Of a stretch of DNA of 64,000 nt, positions 42,120 through 55,491 are shown piece by piece. Each line of letters opens with the position of its first letter. Position 1 is the first letter of the stretch. Position numbers and translations under genes: made by a program. The notes beneath the pieces were generated by a model, which was not told the DNA's origin, did no database searches, and saw nothing but the letters and a program-made list of their open reading frames with translations. The DNA comes from the human T2T-CHM13v2.0 reference genome, Homo sapiens, in assembly GCF_009914755.1 (NCBI RefSeq), contig NC_060926.1; one strand, given 5' to 3'.

Positions 42120-42994
42120 GTGCACATAACAGTGCATGCACAGAGTTTTCAACACATTTTATCTAGTGTGATGACAGTGTTCATCAACATTTCATCAGCT
42201 TCAGTGTTATATAGATTTTTAACATATAAGAACATTTTATGGTTAAATTAATAATTAAAAATTTAAATAATTTTGGTTGAAACTGTCTTCTTCATAAACT
42301 TATACATATGCATATATGTGTATATGCTTATATATCTTTATACATAATATTTATGACTAAATGTTGATATATATATATCTATCAATTTTCAATTGTAAAT
42401 AAGTTACTCTAAACATGTGAATTCATTGGTTCCATGAAAACTCTGAAATTATATACAAAATTATGTGTACATATGTATATGTATATTTAATTATGGTGTG
42501 GGCCTGAAATTTATGTTACAGTCTCAAAGTTGTCCTTAATTCAAACAAGTTGGAGAATCAGTACTCTAAAGGTTACTAAACATATAGGGCAAAGTGTGTA
42601 ACTTAAGAAACTGCTTTTGAAACTTTATCGAGGCTGTAAAAGAGAGAGAGAGAGAAATTCCATGTCTTTTCTGTCCAAATGTCACAGGTGTCAAATGTTA
42701 AATCTATGAGTGCAATTTATCATTGATGCTTTGACATTGATGTACTGGTGATGGCCTTTAAAAATATTTTGCTTAACTAAATTCATCCTGCTAGAGAAAT
42801 GCTTAGTCAAATTATAATGTCCTTCAGCACTGAGAAGAGATAGCCATAAATTATGTCTAGTAGAACAAACATTTCTCAGCAATCTTTCCATTTAATTAAT
42901 AATGAAGAGAATCCCGCCTGGAAGAAAATATGGTAATTTTGTCTCTAGAGCGAACAAAAATATTCTTTTTTTTCCTAAAAAAAAGGCCATTTGG

Positions 42995-43300
42995 AATAAA
43001 TTCATCCAATCATTCATCCAGCAACCCACTGCACTTTTATTTTTCTCATGAATGTCATCCTCAGTGTATCTGTGATTATTTATTGTAAAATAATTTGGGG
43101 CTCTTGTATTGTGACAGTATTGGGAGTCAAATGGTAAAAAAACATTCATAACCACTCGAAACTTACATTCTAATGAAAACAACAGATGTTAATCTAATAA
43201 TTATAAAAATATGTAATAAATAATTTCATGAGATCTTTAAGAAAAAATACAGAGTGCTCTAGGAATGTAAATTAAGAAGACTTGACCTATTCTAGAGGCA
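42995..43300 (-). mobile_element. L2 3'-end fragment
   Basis: attcatccaatcattcatcca tail repeat, then ctcgaaacttacattcta. Confidence 0.55.
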
Positions 43301-43928
43301 GATTTTATAACAACAAAAAGGAGAATTCATTGACAAAACTTACAAAGAGAGAGACATGATCACAAATTCAACGCTATACAAACTAATTTTTTTGTGTGTC
43401 ACTTCTCTGGTTTCTGTACGTTATATTTTTTCATACTTAGTTGTTTTAAAGTATACGGGGTTACTTTTTTTTTTTTTTCAAATCTAGGGTGGAATAGGGT
43501 CAGTCATCTCTGTTTCCCGGCATTCTGAGCAATAAAAATCAGATTCATTCGTATTGAACTGGCTTAGGTCACACATAACTTCTAAATCAATCACTCTGGA
43601 CAGAGAAATTAAATGTACTATTTGAAAAATGTTTCATTCCCTCCATTTCAAAGACTTTTAGGATTCTTGTTTGTAAATAATAAATATTTCAATACATGTT
43701 GTCAATTTTCACTGACAAAAAAATGCAAAGATGAAAGCAAAAGAACAGAGGAGACCTCATAGTAACACAATATTGTAGAATAAGGGGGTCACAAGCTTAG
43801 TTTTTGAAATTTTGAGGATAAGGAACTAATGATACCTCTGAGTAAAGATTCTGAGAAGGCAGTTTCTTGTAAATACATGAAATTCAGTACAGCAGTATCA
43901 GCAAGAGATATTCAGGGTTCACTAACTT

Positions 43929-44224
<296 letters not shown>

Positions 44225-45101
44225 TAAAAATTAGACCATGAAAGGCACACAGGACTGAGTCCTGAGTCCTAATTCCAATATACAGAAGCCAGGCACAAGT
44301 GATCAAGAGATTACAGGTATTGGAAATAGAGGTACTAACATTTTGGCAATCCACTCTACACTGAGTAAAATGGGAAAAAAAAAGAAAGAAGGGGTCATAC
44401 ATATGCAGATTGATTGGGATTAAACAATTGCAGCTCCTGGTTAGATTGAAAAATGGTCATGGTAAAAGTGGTTTGAGGAGAGTTAGGAGAAAGTAGCCAG
44501 AGTTAAGCATATTTGATATTAAGATATATCCATGTGACTTTTTGTATGCAAATGCACATATACACAGAGATGATTGTCAAAATATTTTAACAGCTGGTGC
44601 CACACCCGGGTAGAATAAGGTGTTGTAGGCCACTTGCTGTGAAGACAGTTATACTTTATTTGCTGGATTAAAGTGATGTCTTAAGAGTAGGGGACAAGGC
44701 AGCTCCTTACTAATATGTGTAAAAATATTTAAATGTTTTAACACTAAATCCATAGCTGTGCAAAATAAAGCAGTTCAAGATTTCAGCAACATGTAAAATT
44801 ATACCAGTGCACACACGTAAAATTTCTATAAAATCAGAACTATTTTGATTATGATCATTATTAAAAACATCAATGTGAAAATGACTCTTGGATTCTTACC
44901 TATGATACTTCTGAATATATTAACAATGTCTACAATGTCATAATAATTTCTTTTTCAAAAATATATTATTCCAGCTTTACTTTTATCTTGAATAAGTAAC
45001 CAACACATATTCGAGTTTTCAGGCATGGCAGTATTTTACTACTTTATCATTTTCATTTATTAGCATCAATTACATTTTACATGAATTGGTGATTTTGGCA
45101 C

Positions 45102-45557
45102 TGATGCAGGATTTTTGCTCTTTAGTTCAGCTAAATTGGGGTTCTTGTGTCACTACCAGGAAAAATTAGGCATGTGGACACATTGAAGTGTGAGGAGGGT
45201 AGAATTTATTGGGTGAAAAATTTAAAAAACCTCTCAGCAAAGCAAGAGGGGATACTGCCAATGGGCTCCCGCCTCACAAACTGAATACCAGGCCCCCACA
45301 CACAGGAGCTGAAGAGAGACCAGACCCCTCCTCCCTGCATAGACACAATTTCCTGGTTGTCTGACCCCATCCCCCCAGTGCACATGTGGGTATTATTCAG
45401 AAAGAATCAGGTTGGAAAGGGCGGGCAAACGGGCAGTTCTCCCTCTGGGTTGCGGGTTTTATCCTGAACCAGCAGTCCAGTTTTTCAGCTTTCAGGCTGT
45501 TTTAGGCTTGAAGGTGGGGTTTCGCTGGGGACCCTTGGCTGTCTCCTGTCTCTAGCA
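45102..45557 (-). mobile_element. ERV1 MER4-group solo LTR (MER48-like)
   Basis: TG...CA termini. tgatgcaggatttttgctctttagttcagctaaa, ccaggaaaaattaggca, antisense polyA signal tttatt near 45205. Flanks gcac and ccac. Confidence 0.8.
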
Positions 45558-45779
45558 CCACATTTGGCACTAAATTCTCATTTCACATGTGTCCATTATT
45601 CTGAGTAAAGTCAATGTTCATAAAACAATTCTTTAATTCCAGTAATTGTATTTCTAAATTCCAAAGAACTTTCCTTCCATTCAACTGAAGTAATCGTCAT
45701 CTGTTATAGATATCCTTGAAATAATAGTTCAGACACTATTCAACCTCTAAATTATTAATGGAATCTTATACTTTTTGAC

Positions 45780-46170
45780 AAAAAAATACTTTTAATCCTT
45801 TCCTTTGAATACTTTCATTAAGCTTTTTCTCATACCTGTATTTCTCTCCTAATCTTTATTCACCTCATCCTAATTTTCTGTTCTTAATTGCCCTAGAATT
45901 CTCATTTTGTAATTTTGAGGACTCTCTATCCACATTATCCCCTTCCGATTCCCTATCCTTAAGTCTTCTGCTAACTTGATGTACAAAACTCCAACTCTAA
46001 ATTATACAGAGGGGCCATCTTGCTCACTTGTATACTTGTAATGTGGAGTTCTATGTGAAAGAAAAAAAAAAAAAAAAAACTTGTAGATATTGATGTCACT
46101 ACAAGGTCAAGGTCATAGTCTCTAAGTCTTTCATGTTCTGTGACATACTTGGAAATTCTTGGGTCAATTG
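45780..46170 (+). mobile_element. Possible L2 ORF fragment
   Basis: caaaactccaactctaaatt and surrounding pyrimidine-rich pattern. Confidence 0.4.
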
Positions 46171-46200
46171 CTATTTTAAAAAATATATTTTATTTTTTTA

Positions 46201-46260
46201 CAGTAGATGAACATGTGGTATAGCAAAATATAGTAGATGAATGTGTAGCATAGCAAAAAA
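46201..46260. repeat. Diverged tandem duplication, 30-bp unit x2
   Basis: cagtagatgaacatgtggtatagcaaaata versus tagtagatgaatgtgtagcatagcaaaaaa, 24/30 identical. Confidence 0.75.
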
Positions 46261-46538
46261 TGGCAAAATTAAGCTCCACACAGCTTAAGTAATTGAACAT
46301 TACTGATGATCATAAAGATCCACTCATGTACCTCCTGAATCTTATTTCTTCTCTTTTTTAGAGGACAGAATTTCAAATTTTGTCTTAACATTAACTTGCT
46401 TTTATATTTAGTTTTGTCAGATACCTATATATTATTTAGCTTTGCATATTTTAATGTTTATGTAAATGAAATAATTATGTACATTTTCCTCTGGATCACA
46501 TTATTCTCAATCACATTACATATTCAAATGTATCAACA

Positions 46539-47013
46539 TGTGAAAACCTGTGAAGGGTCTGAGATTTTTACCCTACTTTCAAACTGTTGAGCTAGTCTGC
46601 TACAATTCTGGCAGAATACATAGGACTCCTGGGTAGATACAAACAGCTGATTACTTCCAGCACAGCAGGCAGCATGACCTGCATGTCCTCATGGGTATAC
46701 CTTGCTCTGCAATGCCACAGGGGTAATGTGGTGTCATGGCCAGGTAGGTGTGTACACACAATAAGCCTGTGCCACACTAAGGAACCCTGAGCTTAGGATC
46801 TCTGATCATTTAAAGGAGGCTTTTAGCAAACCTGTTTCTCTTTGTCCCAGATGCAGACATTATCTTGATATTAAACAAATCTGCCCTCTGACCTAGAAGA
46901 TGACATTCTATCTTCCAAAGTTGTTTGTTCTATAAACATTGTTGAAGAAAATAGTTCAGAAAAAAATACTTACCCAAGATGTGCAGAAATGCCATGGAGG
47001 ATTGTTCCCCAAC
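46539..47013 (-). mobile_element. ERVL-type solo LTR (LTR47/LTR53-like)
   Basis: tgtgaagggtctgagattttaccctact, ggactcctgggt, agcacagcaggcagcatga. Family name uncertain. Confidence 0.7.
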
Positions 47014-47216
47014 CTTACATGTATGTAGGTACCATTTACTTAATTGTATGGTGAAGTAGTCTTTTGCATGTATACAGCATATTTATGTATTTATTGAGTC
47101 ATTTTTAAATTACTTATATGATTAAAATACCAGCAAACAAATTTACTGGAAAGAACAGTACATTTGTCTTCAAATTTAAGAGATTATGCTAAGTTAATTT
47201 CAAAATTGGTTACACC

Positions 47217-47477
47217 TTGGGAGGCCGAGATGGGCACATCACGAGGTCAGGAGATCAAGACCATCCTGGCCAATGTGGTGAAACCCTGTCTCTACTAAAA
47301 ATATAAAAAATTAGCTGGGTGTGATTGCATGCACCTATAGTTCAGGTCCTCGAGAGGCTGAGACAGGAGAATCGCTTGAACCCGGGAGGCAGAGGTTTCA
47401 GTGAGCCGAGATCGCGCCACTGCACTCCAGCCTGGCAACAGAGCAAGACAACATAAAAAAAAAAAAAAAAAAAAAAA
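47217..47477 (+). mobile_element. 5'-truncated AluSc-like
   Basis: atcacgaggtcaggagatcaagaccatcctggcc and ccagcctggcaacagagc. Degenerate TSD aaaattggttacacc / aaaatttggtttcacc. Confidence 0.93.
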
Positions 47478-48235
47478 TTTGGTTTCACCAGTTAACATTT
47501 TCACAAACATTATATAAAGATTTCCATTAACTCACATCTTTACCAATTTTTTTTATTGTGTTAAGTTTTAGAATATCTTTTTTTGCAAAACAGTGTCAGT
47601 ACAAGATCTAATTTTGACTTTGGTTTTCACTTCATTTATTATTTTTTTAAATATTAATTAGATATTTGTATTTTCTTTTCTGTAAGTCCCTTTTTAATAT
47701 TGCTTGAAGATTTCCTTATGCTTTATATCTTTAATGTGTTGCACTGATTTTAAGGCAATGTTCATGTGTATACATATTCACATATATATGTGCATGTATA
47801 GTCATATCTATATATATGATCATTATTTGCTTATATGTGTCACAAATTTCCATCTTAAGAAGATATTAAATTTAGGGTAGTAGATTTATAAATCTGACTA
47901 ATTTTTTTGTTTAAGAAACTTTTTTCTAGCACAGGTTTCAAAACATTCTATTTTTTCTGTAAAATTTGGCCATTCATTTTTAAATTCTTAAACTACCTGT
48001 AACTGCTTTGAGACAAGTCCTCCAATTTTATAATTTTTACATGAATATAAAATTGTCCTGCAACATTTTATTCCATGGTCCTTTCCCTGCTGAATTGCAC
48101 TGTGTCTTTTATGATATATAATTTATGTTTAAATCTTCCGTTACTCTGATGTTGACCAATATGTCTATCCATATCATTTCAATTATGATAGATTACTGTT
48201 GCAGTGTGCAGGCACTAATGTCTCAGTTAAACATC

Positions 48236-48272
48236 TGTGTGTGTGTGTGTGTGTGTGTGTGAGTGTGTGTGT
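48236..48272. repeat. (TG)n microsatellite
   Basis: Directly visible. Confidence 0.95.
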
Positions 48273-48274
48273 AT

Positions 48275-49350
48275 TCTTTTCCTGATTTTTAAGCCTGGTC
48301 TTCTTCCTCATAGTGGCCCTTGTATCTAGGTAGCTTAGAGATCAGCCAGTGATTAAACAGAGGTTGCACTTAAACACTAACAGCCAATGAAGTCAACCAC
48401 CTTCTGCAGGTGGATCTGTGGGATTGTCGGGGAGCACATTCATACTTCATTGTTGATCAGGGCTTGACCCTCTCTGAGCTCTTCTTTTGGGTTTGCATAG
48501 CCTCAGCTAGGAGTATGTTTGTTCCAGCTAAGACCGTTTCTCAGGTAACTAGAACCAAGACCTTAGGACTCCCCTGCTCCCCGGCTTTACTTTCACAGTG
48601 GTGCTAACCATGGGCCTTGCGCAGTACTTCAAGTAAAGAGAGCCTCCTTCTACCGTGGAAGAGAAGCTGCTGGCAGCCAGTCTTCAGTCTGTCCTAACTT
48701 GGAAGAACTTCAAGGTCAATAGAACTGAAGGGTAGGTATCAGGGTGAGCGCACGCAAGATGGGAGCAGCCCTAGAGCAGAACACCACAGATTCACACTAT
48801 TCTTACCTGAAGCTCAGCAATTTGTTTAAAGCTAAACCCTTCATAGGTTGTCATGTATTTGGTCAATTGTGGGTGATATTTTATTTATGTTCCTATGTCT
48901 ATTAATTCCTTTATTATTATTATTTATTTCTGAGACAAGGTCTGACTCTATCGTCCAGGCTGGAGTTCAGTGGCGTGATCTCAGTTCACTGCCACCTCTG
49001 CCTTCTGGGTTCAGCGATGTTCCCACCTCAGCCTTTGGATTAGCTGGGACCACAAGCATGTGCTACCATGCCTGGCTAATTTTTGTGTTTTTAGTAGAGA
49101 CAGGGGTCTCAGTATGTTACCCAGGCTCGTCTGGAACTCCTGAGCTCGAGCGGTCTGCCCTCCTCAGCCTCCCAAACTTCTGGGAGTACAGGTGTGAGTC
49201 TCTGTGCCCGGTCTTATTATTATTATCATCATTATTTTAAATAATGGTAATGGATTCACAATTTTGCTCAGCTTTACAATTGCCTTCTGGGGAAAAGATT
49301 TGCAGATCTCACTTGACCACAGACCATAGTCAGCTGCCTTGCCTCTTTCC
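48275..49350 (-). mobile_element. Old L1M 5' UTR fragment split by an AluJ
   Basis: cttagagatcagccagtgatt, cttaaacac, caccacagattcacactattcttacctgaagctcagcaattt, acaattttgctcagcttta. Confidence 0.6.
48924..49213 (-). mobile_element. AluJb-like
   Basis: tgagacaaggtctgactct, tcccacctcagcc, ctcctgagctcgagcg. ttattattattat on both sides (candidate TSD). Confidence 0.93.
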
Positions 49351-49489
49351 TTGACTTATGCTTTGTGCTGCTAGGTAGGGAAAAAAATGAATTTATCCTA
49401 AAATGTGTTTTAAAAGTAGGTTTTTAATATTTCATTTTAGAAGCACTGCTAATATGGCAATTCTTAAGAACTTTAAAATTTTGGATTTT

Positions 49490-49585
49490 GTTTTAAAAAG
49501 AGTTTTATTCAGGTATAATTGATAATAAAGAACTGCACATATTTAGTGTGTTTAGACATATGTAAACACCTGTGATATTGTTCTA
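49490..49585 (-). mobile_element. L1MB/MC 3'-terminal fragment
   Basis: ttttattcaggtataattga ... aactgcacatattta. Confidence 0.55.
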
Positions 49586-50199
49586 ATATAAAAATGATGG
49601 TGATATTCATCTTTTGTAGGAAATGTTAAGTTCTCAGACAAACGTTCTCTACAGCCATAACCTTTTCTAGAAATGTTTTGCTGTAAAATGATCCATTAGT
49701 TTGGTACATACCCATCATTTTAAATGGAGACTTTTTTTTTAAATGCAACTTTTTGGGACAAACTTGTGGAAGTGTAATAGAATTTCCTGCCAATGCTGGA
49801 GAACCTTTCATTTGCAGCAGCATTCTTCTTTTAAATTTCCCTAGTACTTGATTCAAGATCTAGTCAAGTATGTAGTTTTCTAATGATTATTATTGATTTA
49901 GTTATATATCTCTTGTCTTTCATTTAGATTCTTTAGCAATTATTCTTTCAATAATAGGGCTACAAGATGCATTGATGGGCATAGTCCTAAAATTAATTTG
50001 CTAGCTCTATAAGATCTTGCATGTTGAGGCTCTGTTGACTAATGTGATATATTTATATTACCTGTTTTTTTCTCTAATAATATGAACAAGAAATGTCTTT
50101 CTGGAAAATCAGTGTCTCTCTCTTTAGTTCTTATTACTTTACTAAATAAAGTTGAGATAAAATCATTCTGTTGCATGTAAGGCAGGATAAATATTGATT

Positions 50200-50400
50200 A
50201 TGAGCATTGTTTTTGTATTTAGACAGACCTAAATCCAAATTCAAATCTGCTCTTTGATCTTGACAAAATTAGAATCTCCCCAAAGTTTAGTTTCTTTTGT
50301 AAAATAGTGCTAATACTTTCTATAGGGCTTGCTGTAAGAGTTAAGTGAAATAAGGCTTAGCACTGTTTATAGCAAAAGATAGAGTTTCAACATAATCAGC
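50200..50400 (+). mobile_element. MIR SINE
   Basis: agacagaccta, tttagtttcttttgtaaaatag, tagggcttgctgtaagagttaagtgaaataa, cttagcac. Confidence 0.7.
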
Positions 50401-50550
50401 TTATGATTTCTACAACCAATTCTCTTCCTGAGGGCACTATCTATACCAGAACACAATGTTCTACTCTCAATTTATCACAATCCCTCATCTGCTACTTTAA
50501 GAATTGAAATTCATGAATTGGGACCAATACTGGAGTGATTAAGAAATTTG

Positions 50551-50703
50551 ATTTTTTTAAGTTTTTATTTTAGGTTCAAGGGTATATGTGCAGTTTTGCT
50601 ATATATATATGTAAATTGTGTGTTGAGGGGTCTGCTTTACAGATTATTTCATCACCCAGGTAATAAGCATACTACCCAATAGGTAGTTTTTAGATCTTCA
50701 CCT
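50551..50703 (-). mobile_element. L1PA13-16-like 3'-terminal fragment
   Basis: ttttattttaggttcaagggtatatgtgcag ... gattatttcatcacccaggtaataagcata ... cccaataggtagtttt. Confidence 0.85.
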
Positions 50704-51849
50704 AGTGGAAAGAATCCATTAGAATTTTCAATGGGTATGGTCTCTATATCCATGAATTAAGTATAGACAGTATAAGTTGGCAAAAGCCAGTCCTTAATTA
50801 TTCCCTATGTGGTTTTGTAGTTTTATTTCAGGTTAGAGTCTTATCAACACTGCAATGTGTAGAAACCTTTAACCTAGAATTTTAATTTTTTTCTGGGAGT
50901 GCTGTTTACTTATAATCTTATTTGTATTGAAAAGAGAACATAAGACCCTCAAAATGCTACATTAGCCAAAGTGGACCTCTCTTGGACATTCCGAATTTGT
51001 TTCTGAAACTTGTGAAAAGATGCTGGAACAGAATCGGTTTGTCTTTGAAATTAGAAGCTATAAATGCAACATAAACCCAAACTGCTTATTGCCATCTTTC
51101 TATTCAACACAATAAGTTGACGAATAGAAAGAAAACATACTAAAAATATCCTTATATCCTCAGTTAACGGTGGCTAAAGTTGGTATCCTCTTTTGTTTTT
51201 CAGTTACATGAATTCATTGATTTTTGTCTTTTGTGCTTTTCCTTTTATTTAACAAAGTCTTAAATAAAAGAATATTGACTGAAACCTTAATATAACTGCC
51301 ATTTATCTAACAAGCATTTGTCACTTTGTTAGAATTTGAGGACAGAAAAAAAACTGCACATTATTTTTCCTTAAGGAGCTTACGTATTTATTCAACATAA
51401 TGACCTTTGTGATTTTGCCAGGATTAGAAAAGTACAACTATTTTCTTTAAAAGGTGTTGATATTTGAGTTTCAGTTACGATGAGATTAGCAAACACAAGA
51501 AGCTGAAATACAGATGTATTGATGAATAATCTCTCAAATACCAATGAATTAAAAAATTAAAGATTAATAACAGCAAAAGAAACATAAATCAACTACCAAT
51601 GGGAAATTGATTTATACTAACAAGTATGCACAATTATTTCTTGCTTCATGTTAGTAGAAAAATCATAATCAAAGGCAAAGCAATTATGAGAGATTAGCTG
51701 AGTGGGGAAAATTGTGTAGGGTTAGGACATATGAAATGAAATTCATTATACTGTTATTTCAGATGAATTAGTCTCTCCCCGCTTTTTGTAATCTTGTGCC
51801 TTTTTTCTTTCCTTTTCTATGATAAGGTTGTCAAACACATGGAAAAATT

Positions 51850-52237
51850 ATGGATCATAGTGCACCACAGAACACAAGCTGGGCAATAGGCCACAACTCC
51901 AAGGACAATTAGATGTTCTTTCCCGAGATCGAAATGAACACTGAGACACACACAGACAGACAGAGTTGTATTCTTTACACGGTGGCTTTGCATCATAAGC
52001 ATGATGTAAGCTTGGGCTATTTAGAGTGTTAGGCAGGGGATAGAATTACCTCCGCATGGTGGGAACTTGCTAGTTTATGGCAGAAAAAGCGTAGGACCAG
52101 GAAAACAGAGACACATTCTTAGTATCATTTGATTGTCTGGATCCAAATATACCTTGAATTTTTCAACTACATGAGTCAATACATTCCCATGTTTGTTTGG
52201 ACAGTTTAAATTGGGTTTATGCTACTTGAAACTCAAA
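51850..52237 (+). mobile_element. MLT1 (J/K-like) MaLR LTR fragment
   Basis: atcatttgattgtctggatcca, aactacatgagtcaatacattccc, agtttaaattgggtttatgctacttgaaac. Confidence 0.6.
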
Positions 52238-53499
52238 TACAGAAAATGAATGAATCATTTTTTTTTCTCACAGAGCATACAATATGTCCAGGAACAAGTT
52301 GAATGAAAGCATTCATTACAAAGGAATACCTTTTGACCTGGAATGTATTTGTATGTTGAATACTCTATAAACTTTTTTAACATGTGCCAGATTATTTAGG
52401 ATATGTTACCAAAGGGTCCCCAATTCTAATTAGCTGATTAGAAGACTTTGTTAAGTTTTAGTTTTGATTTTGCAAAACAGTTTCCAGAAGGACTGTCTGA
52501 TTGAGTCATATTTATTTTTAAGGGTTTGAAAACACTATTAGATTAATCTCAGTTCCATGTCACAAAAATCAATGTTTTGGCAGCTCTTTTGAGTCATAAA
52601 TTGCTTTTCTACATATTATACTAAATAGCCCACATTGCCTTTCAAATCTGGAGAATATACAGCCAAGAACTTTAACAAAATTATTTCATTACCATCACCC
52701 ATTTGGGAAAAATGAAAAGATAGGCACAAAACCTAAACGTGACTGTTGGGAAAAGTGGACAACAAATTCATCATACAAGATTTTTATTGCTTACCATGTT
52801 ATTCTGATTTATTGATGTGAGGAATTCCTGTTAAATTATAAATAAGGTAATATTTGAAATAGTGTATACCTAAAAATGTTTGCATAAATTATAAAAACAA
52901 TAAAAAGTATGTGAATGATGCTCAATCTGCATATCCTTGTAAAATGCTTATTTTTGCCAGTAATAATAAATGAAGATAGATTCCTTCTAAATTAAATTTT
53001 GAGGCCCCTGGACTTGGTCCACCATGTAGATGGACTGATCTCATTTGGCCATGTTGATCATCCTTGAAAGGCATCTCCCAGATGGCTCTAAGACAGTAAA
53101 ACCATTAGAACCAACTCCCGTAGAGCTGTCTGGTACTGATTTTTCTGCTTCACCTGAGACATGAATCAATAACACTTCTTTGACAATCATCACTACTAAA
53201 ATGGGGTCATGTTGTACTCCAACACTTCCTAGTACAAGTCCGAGATATCATTGTAAAAAGCTATCTCTTAACTCATCACAAGACTTATTTCAGTTAATAA
53301 GAAGGGCTTATATGTATGATGCAGCATATCTCTTTGTAGTATAGTTTTTGCTTAGTCAAGAACTTTTGTCGATTGACTTCTAATACCTTTTGGATTTACT
53401 GCTACCCAGAAAAAAAATAACAGTCATAGAATAATTAGTTCAAAAAATTAAGAGTTATCAAGGAGCACCAAAAATTCAGAGCAATCAAGGTGCACTCAA

Positions 53500-54625
53500 T
53501 GTTATGTATATACAGAGAGCTATATTATATATAATAGATATATGCATAGATTTATGTATCTATATAGAGATATATTATGTATCTACATAGTATCTATACA
53601 ATGCCTGTATAAATAGGTTTGTATTATATTTATATAATATCTATTATATATAGATGTATATTAGATAATATAATTTTATATATCTATATAAATCTATAAG
53701 TATACATCTTATATATCTATATAATGAACCCATTTACAAAGATATATAAAATATTTATTTTATATATATTTATATATAGATATATAAGATTATAGAGTAT
53801 ATATATGAATATAGAAATAACATATCTATATATCTATATGTATCTATTTAGAGATATATATGTAACATATATCAATATATGCTGTATCTATAGATATGTT
53901 ACATATAGATGTTATATCTATATATTATGTTATATGTTGTACATATATTATAGATATAACATATCTAGATATAATATACAGATATCTAATATAGACAGAC
54001 ATAAAGATATACAGATATATCTATATATAGACACATATATAGATACATAGATAAGTTATACATATATAGGTATATAATGTATCCTATAGGTATATAAGGT
54101 ATCCATAGGTATATGGATACATATATAGGTATATAAATGTTATATCTATATATGGATACATATATAGGTATATAAATGTTATATCTATATATGGATACAT
54201 ATATAGGTATATAAATGTTATACCTATATATGAACACATATATAGATACAAATATATGTCATATCTATATAGAGACACATATATCCTACATAGAGATATA
54301 TACTCTACAGCAAGTACTCAATGAGTAGTATCTCTGTAGGTATTTGTTAATAAAATATCATATATGTTATATATCTATATATAGATACATACATCTGTAT
54401 ACATACATATGTGTATATATAATGTATATATAATGTACCTATCTATATAATGTGTATATATACATAAACACATATGTATACATATCCTTATGTACATATG
54501 TACATAACTTTATATACTTAAGTATATATATCTAAATAAATAATGTATACATATATACCTGATTTGTATAATATATTTTATGAATATATAGTATATATAA
54601 TGTACATATAATCTATTATATGTAT
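53500..54625. repeat. ~1.1-kb TA-rich low-complexity tract
   Basis: Degenerate (TA)n with interspersed G and C throughout. Confidence 0.92.
54110..54267. repeat. 39-bp minisatellite, ~4 copies
   Basis: tatatggatacatatataggtatataaatgttatatcta identical at 54110-54148 and 54149-54187. One change in 54188-54226. Fourth copy degenerate. Confidence 0.95.
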
Positions 54626-55491
54626 TTTTAATTTCATGAAATCATAGACATGTATTTCTCTTATTAATAAACCAAAATAGCATCATAGTGATAATATTTT
54701 AGTGATCTAGGGAGTGATGAGTAAGAAGCAATGGCTAGACTCAAAACAAAGAACTCAACACAAAGGGTTTTGTGACTAATGAAATTGAGCCATTATGAAT
54801 TTTGCCTATACTTGTAATTCTTAATATGATTAACAATCAAAACAATTCTTATTATATTAGCATAATTATAATTCTTAATATATTTGCCTTGGTAAGTAGC
54901 TCAATATATTTTATTACAAAACCGTACCTTAGTTCTGGTATAAATACAGTTATGATATCTTTGGTGAAGTATTAGAAATTGTTCTATTAGGAAAGGTACT
55001 TAATAATCAAAAAGTTATCAATTGTATTATACTTATTTGTTGTTGAAAAAATGCTTAATTTTCTAAAATTAGAGTTTTTATATGTGAAAAGTTATTTGTC
55101 CCCAGTCATTTGAAAGACATTAAGTTAGAGCTAGGCAGCTTAAGTTTCTGTATTATTGATTAAATTAAAGTATAATATTACTAGAATAGATGGCATTGCC
55201 TTGACACAATTTATATGTATATATACACACACACACACACACATACATATATAATAAAACATAAATAAATAGAAATAACTAAATTTAGAATATTTAATTT
55301 TTGGTATTATTAACCATATCTAATGAACTAAGGAGAAAATGAATTGCACAGACACATACAAAGAAACATATATTTAAGTTATTATTTATGCCTAGTATAT
55401 ACCATATATTATTGGTGTATTTCCTTTTATTTTCCATGGGAGAGCTAAAAAATATTAGTGAAATAACAAGAAACAAGCACCTGTGTATTTA

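Larger units (their letters stand above)
46185..48170 (-). mobile_element. Old L1ME 3'/ORF2 fragments interrupted by an LTR and an Alu
   Basis: tttatgtaaatgaaataattatgtac, tttccattaactcacatctttaccaa, ttttctagcacaggtttcaaaac. Boundaries approximate. Confidence 0.55.

Noticed and set aside
44570-44790. Possible hAT (MER81/Blackjack-like) DNA transposon remnant
   Set aside because: Resemblance is limited to aaaatattttaacagctggt. No clear terminal inverted repeats or 8-bp TSD.
48848-49240. 130-aa ORF
   Set aside because: Read-through of an antisense AluJ, giving a typical Alu-derived peptide.
54110-54267. Possible CRISPR-like array
   Set aside because: Head-to-tail units with no unique spacers, no cas genes, and primate DNA.
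53805-54278. Tyr/Ile-rich repetitive ORFs
   Set aside because: Translation of the TA tract and the 39-bp minisatellite.
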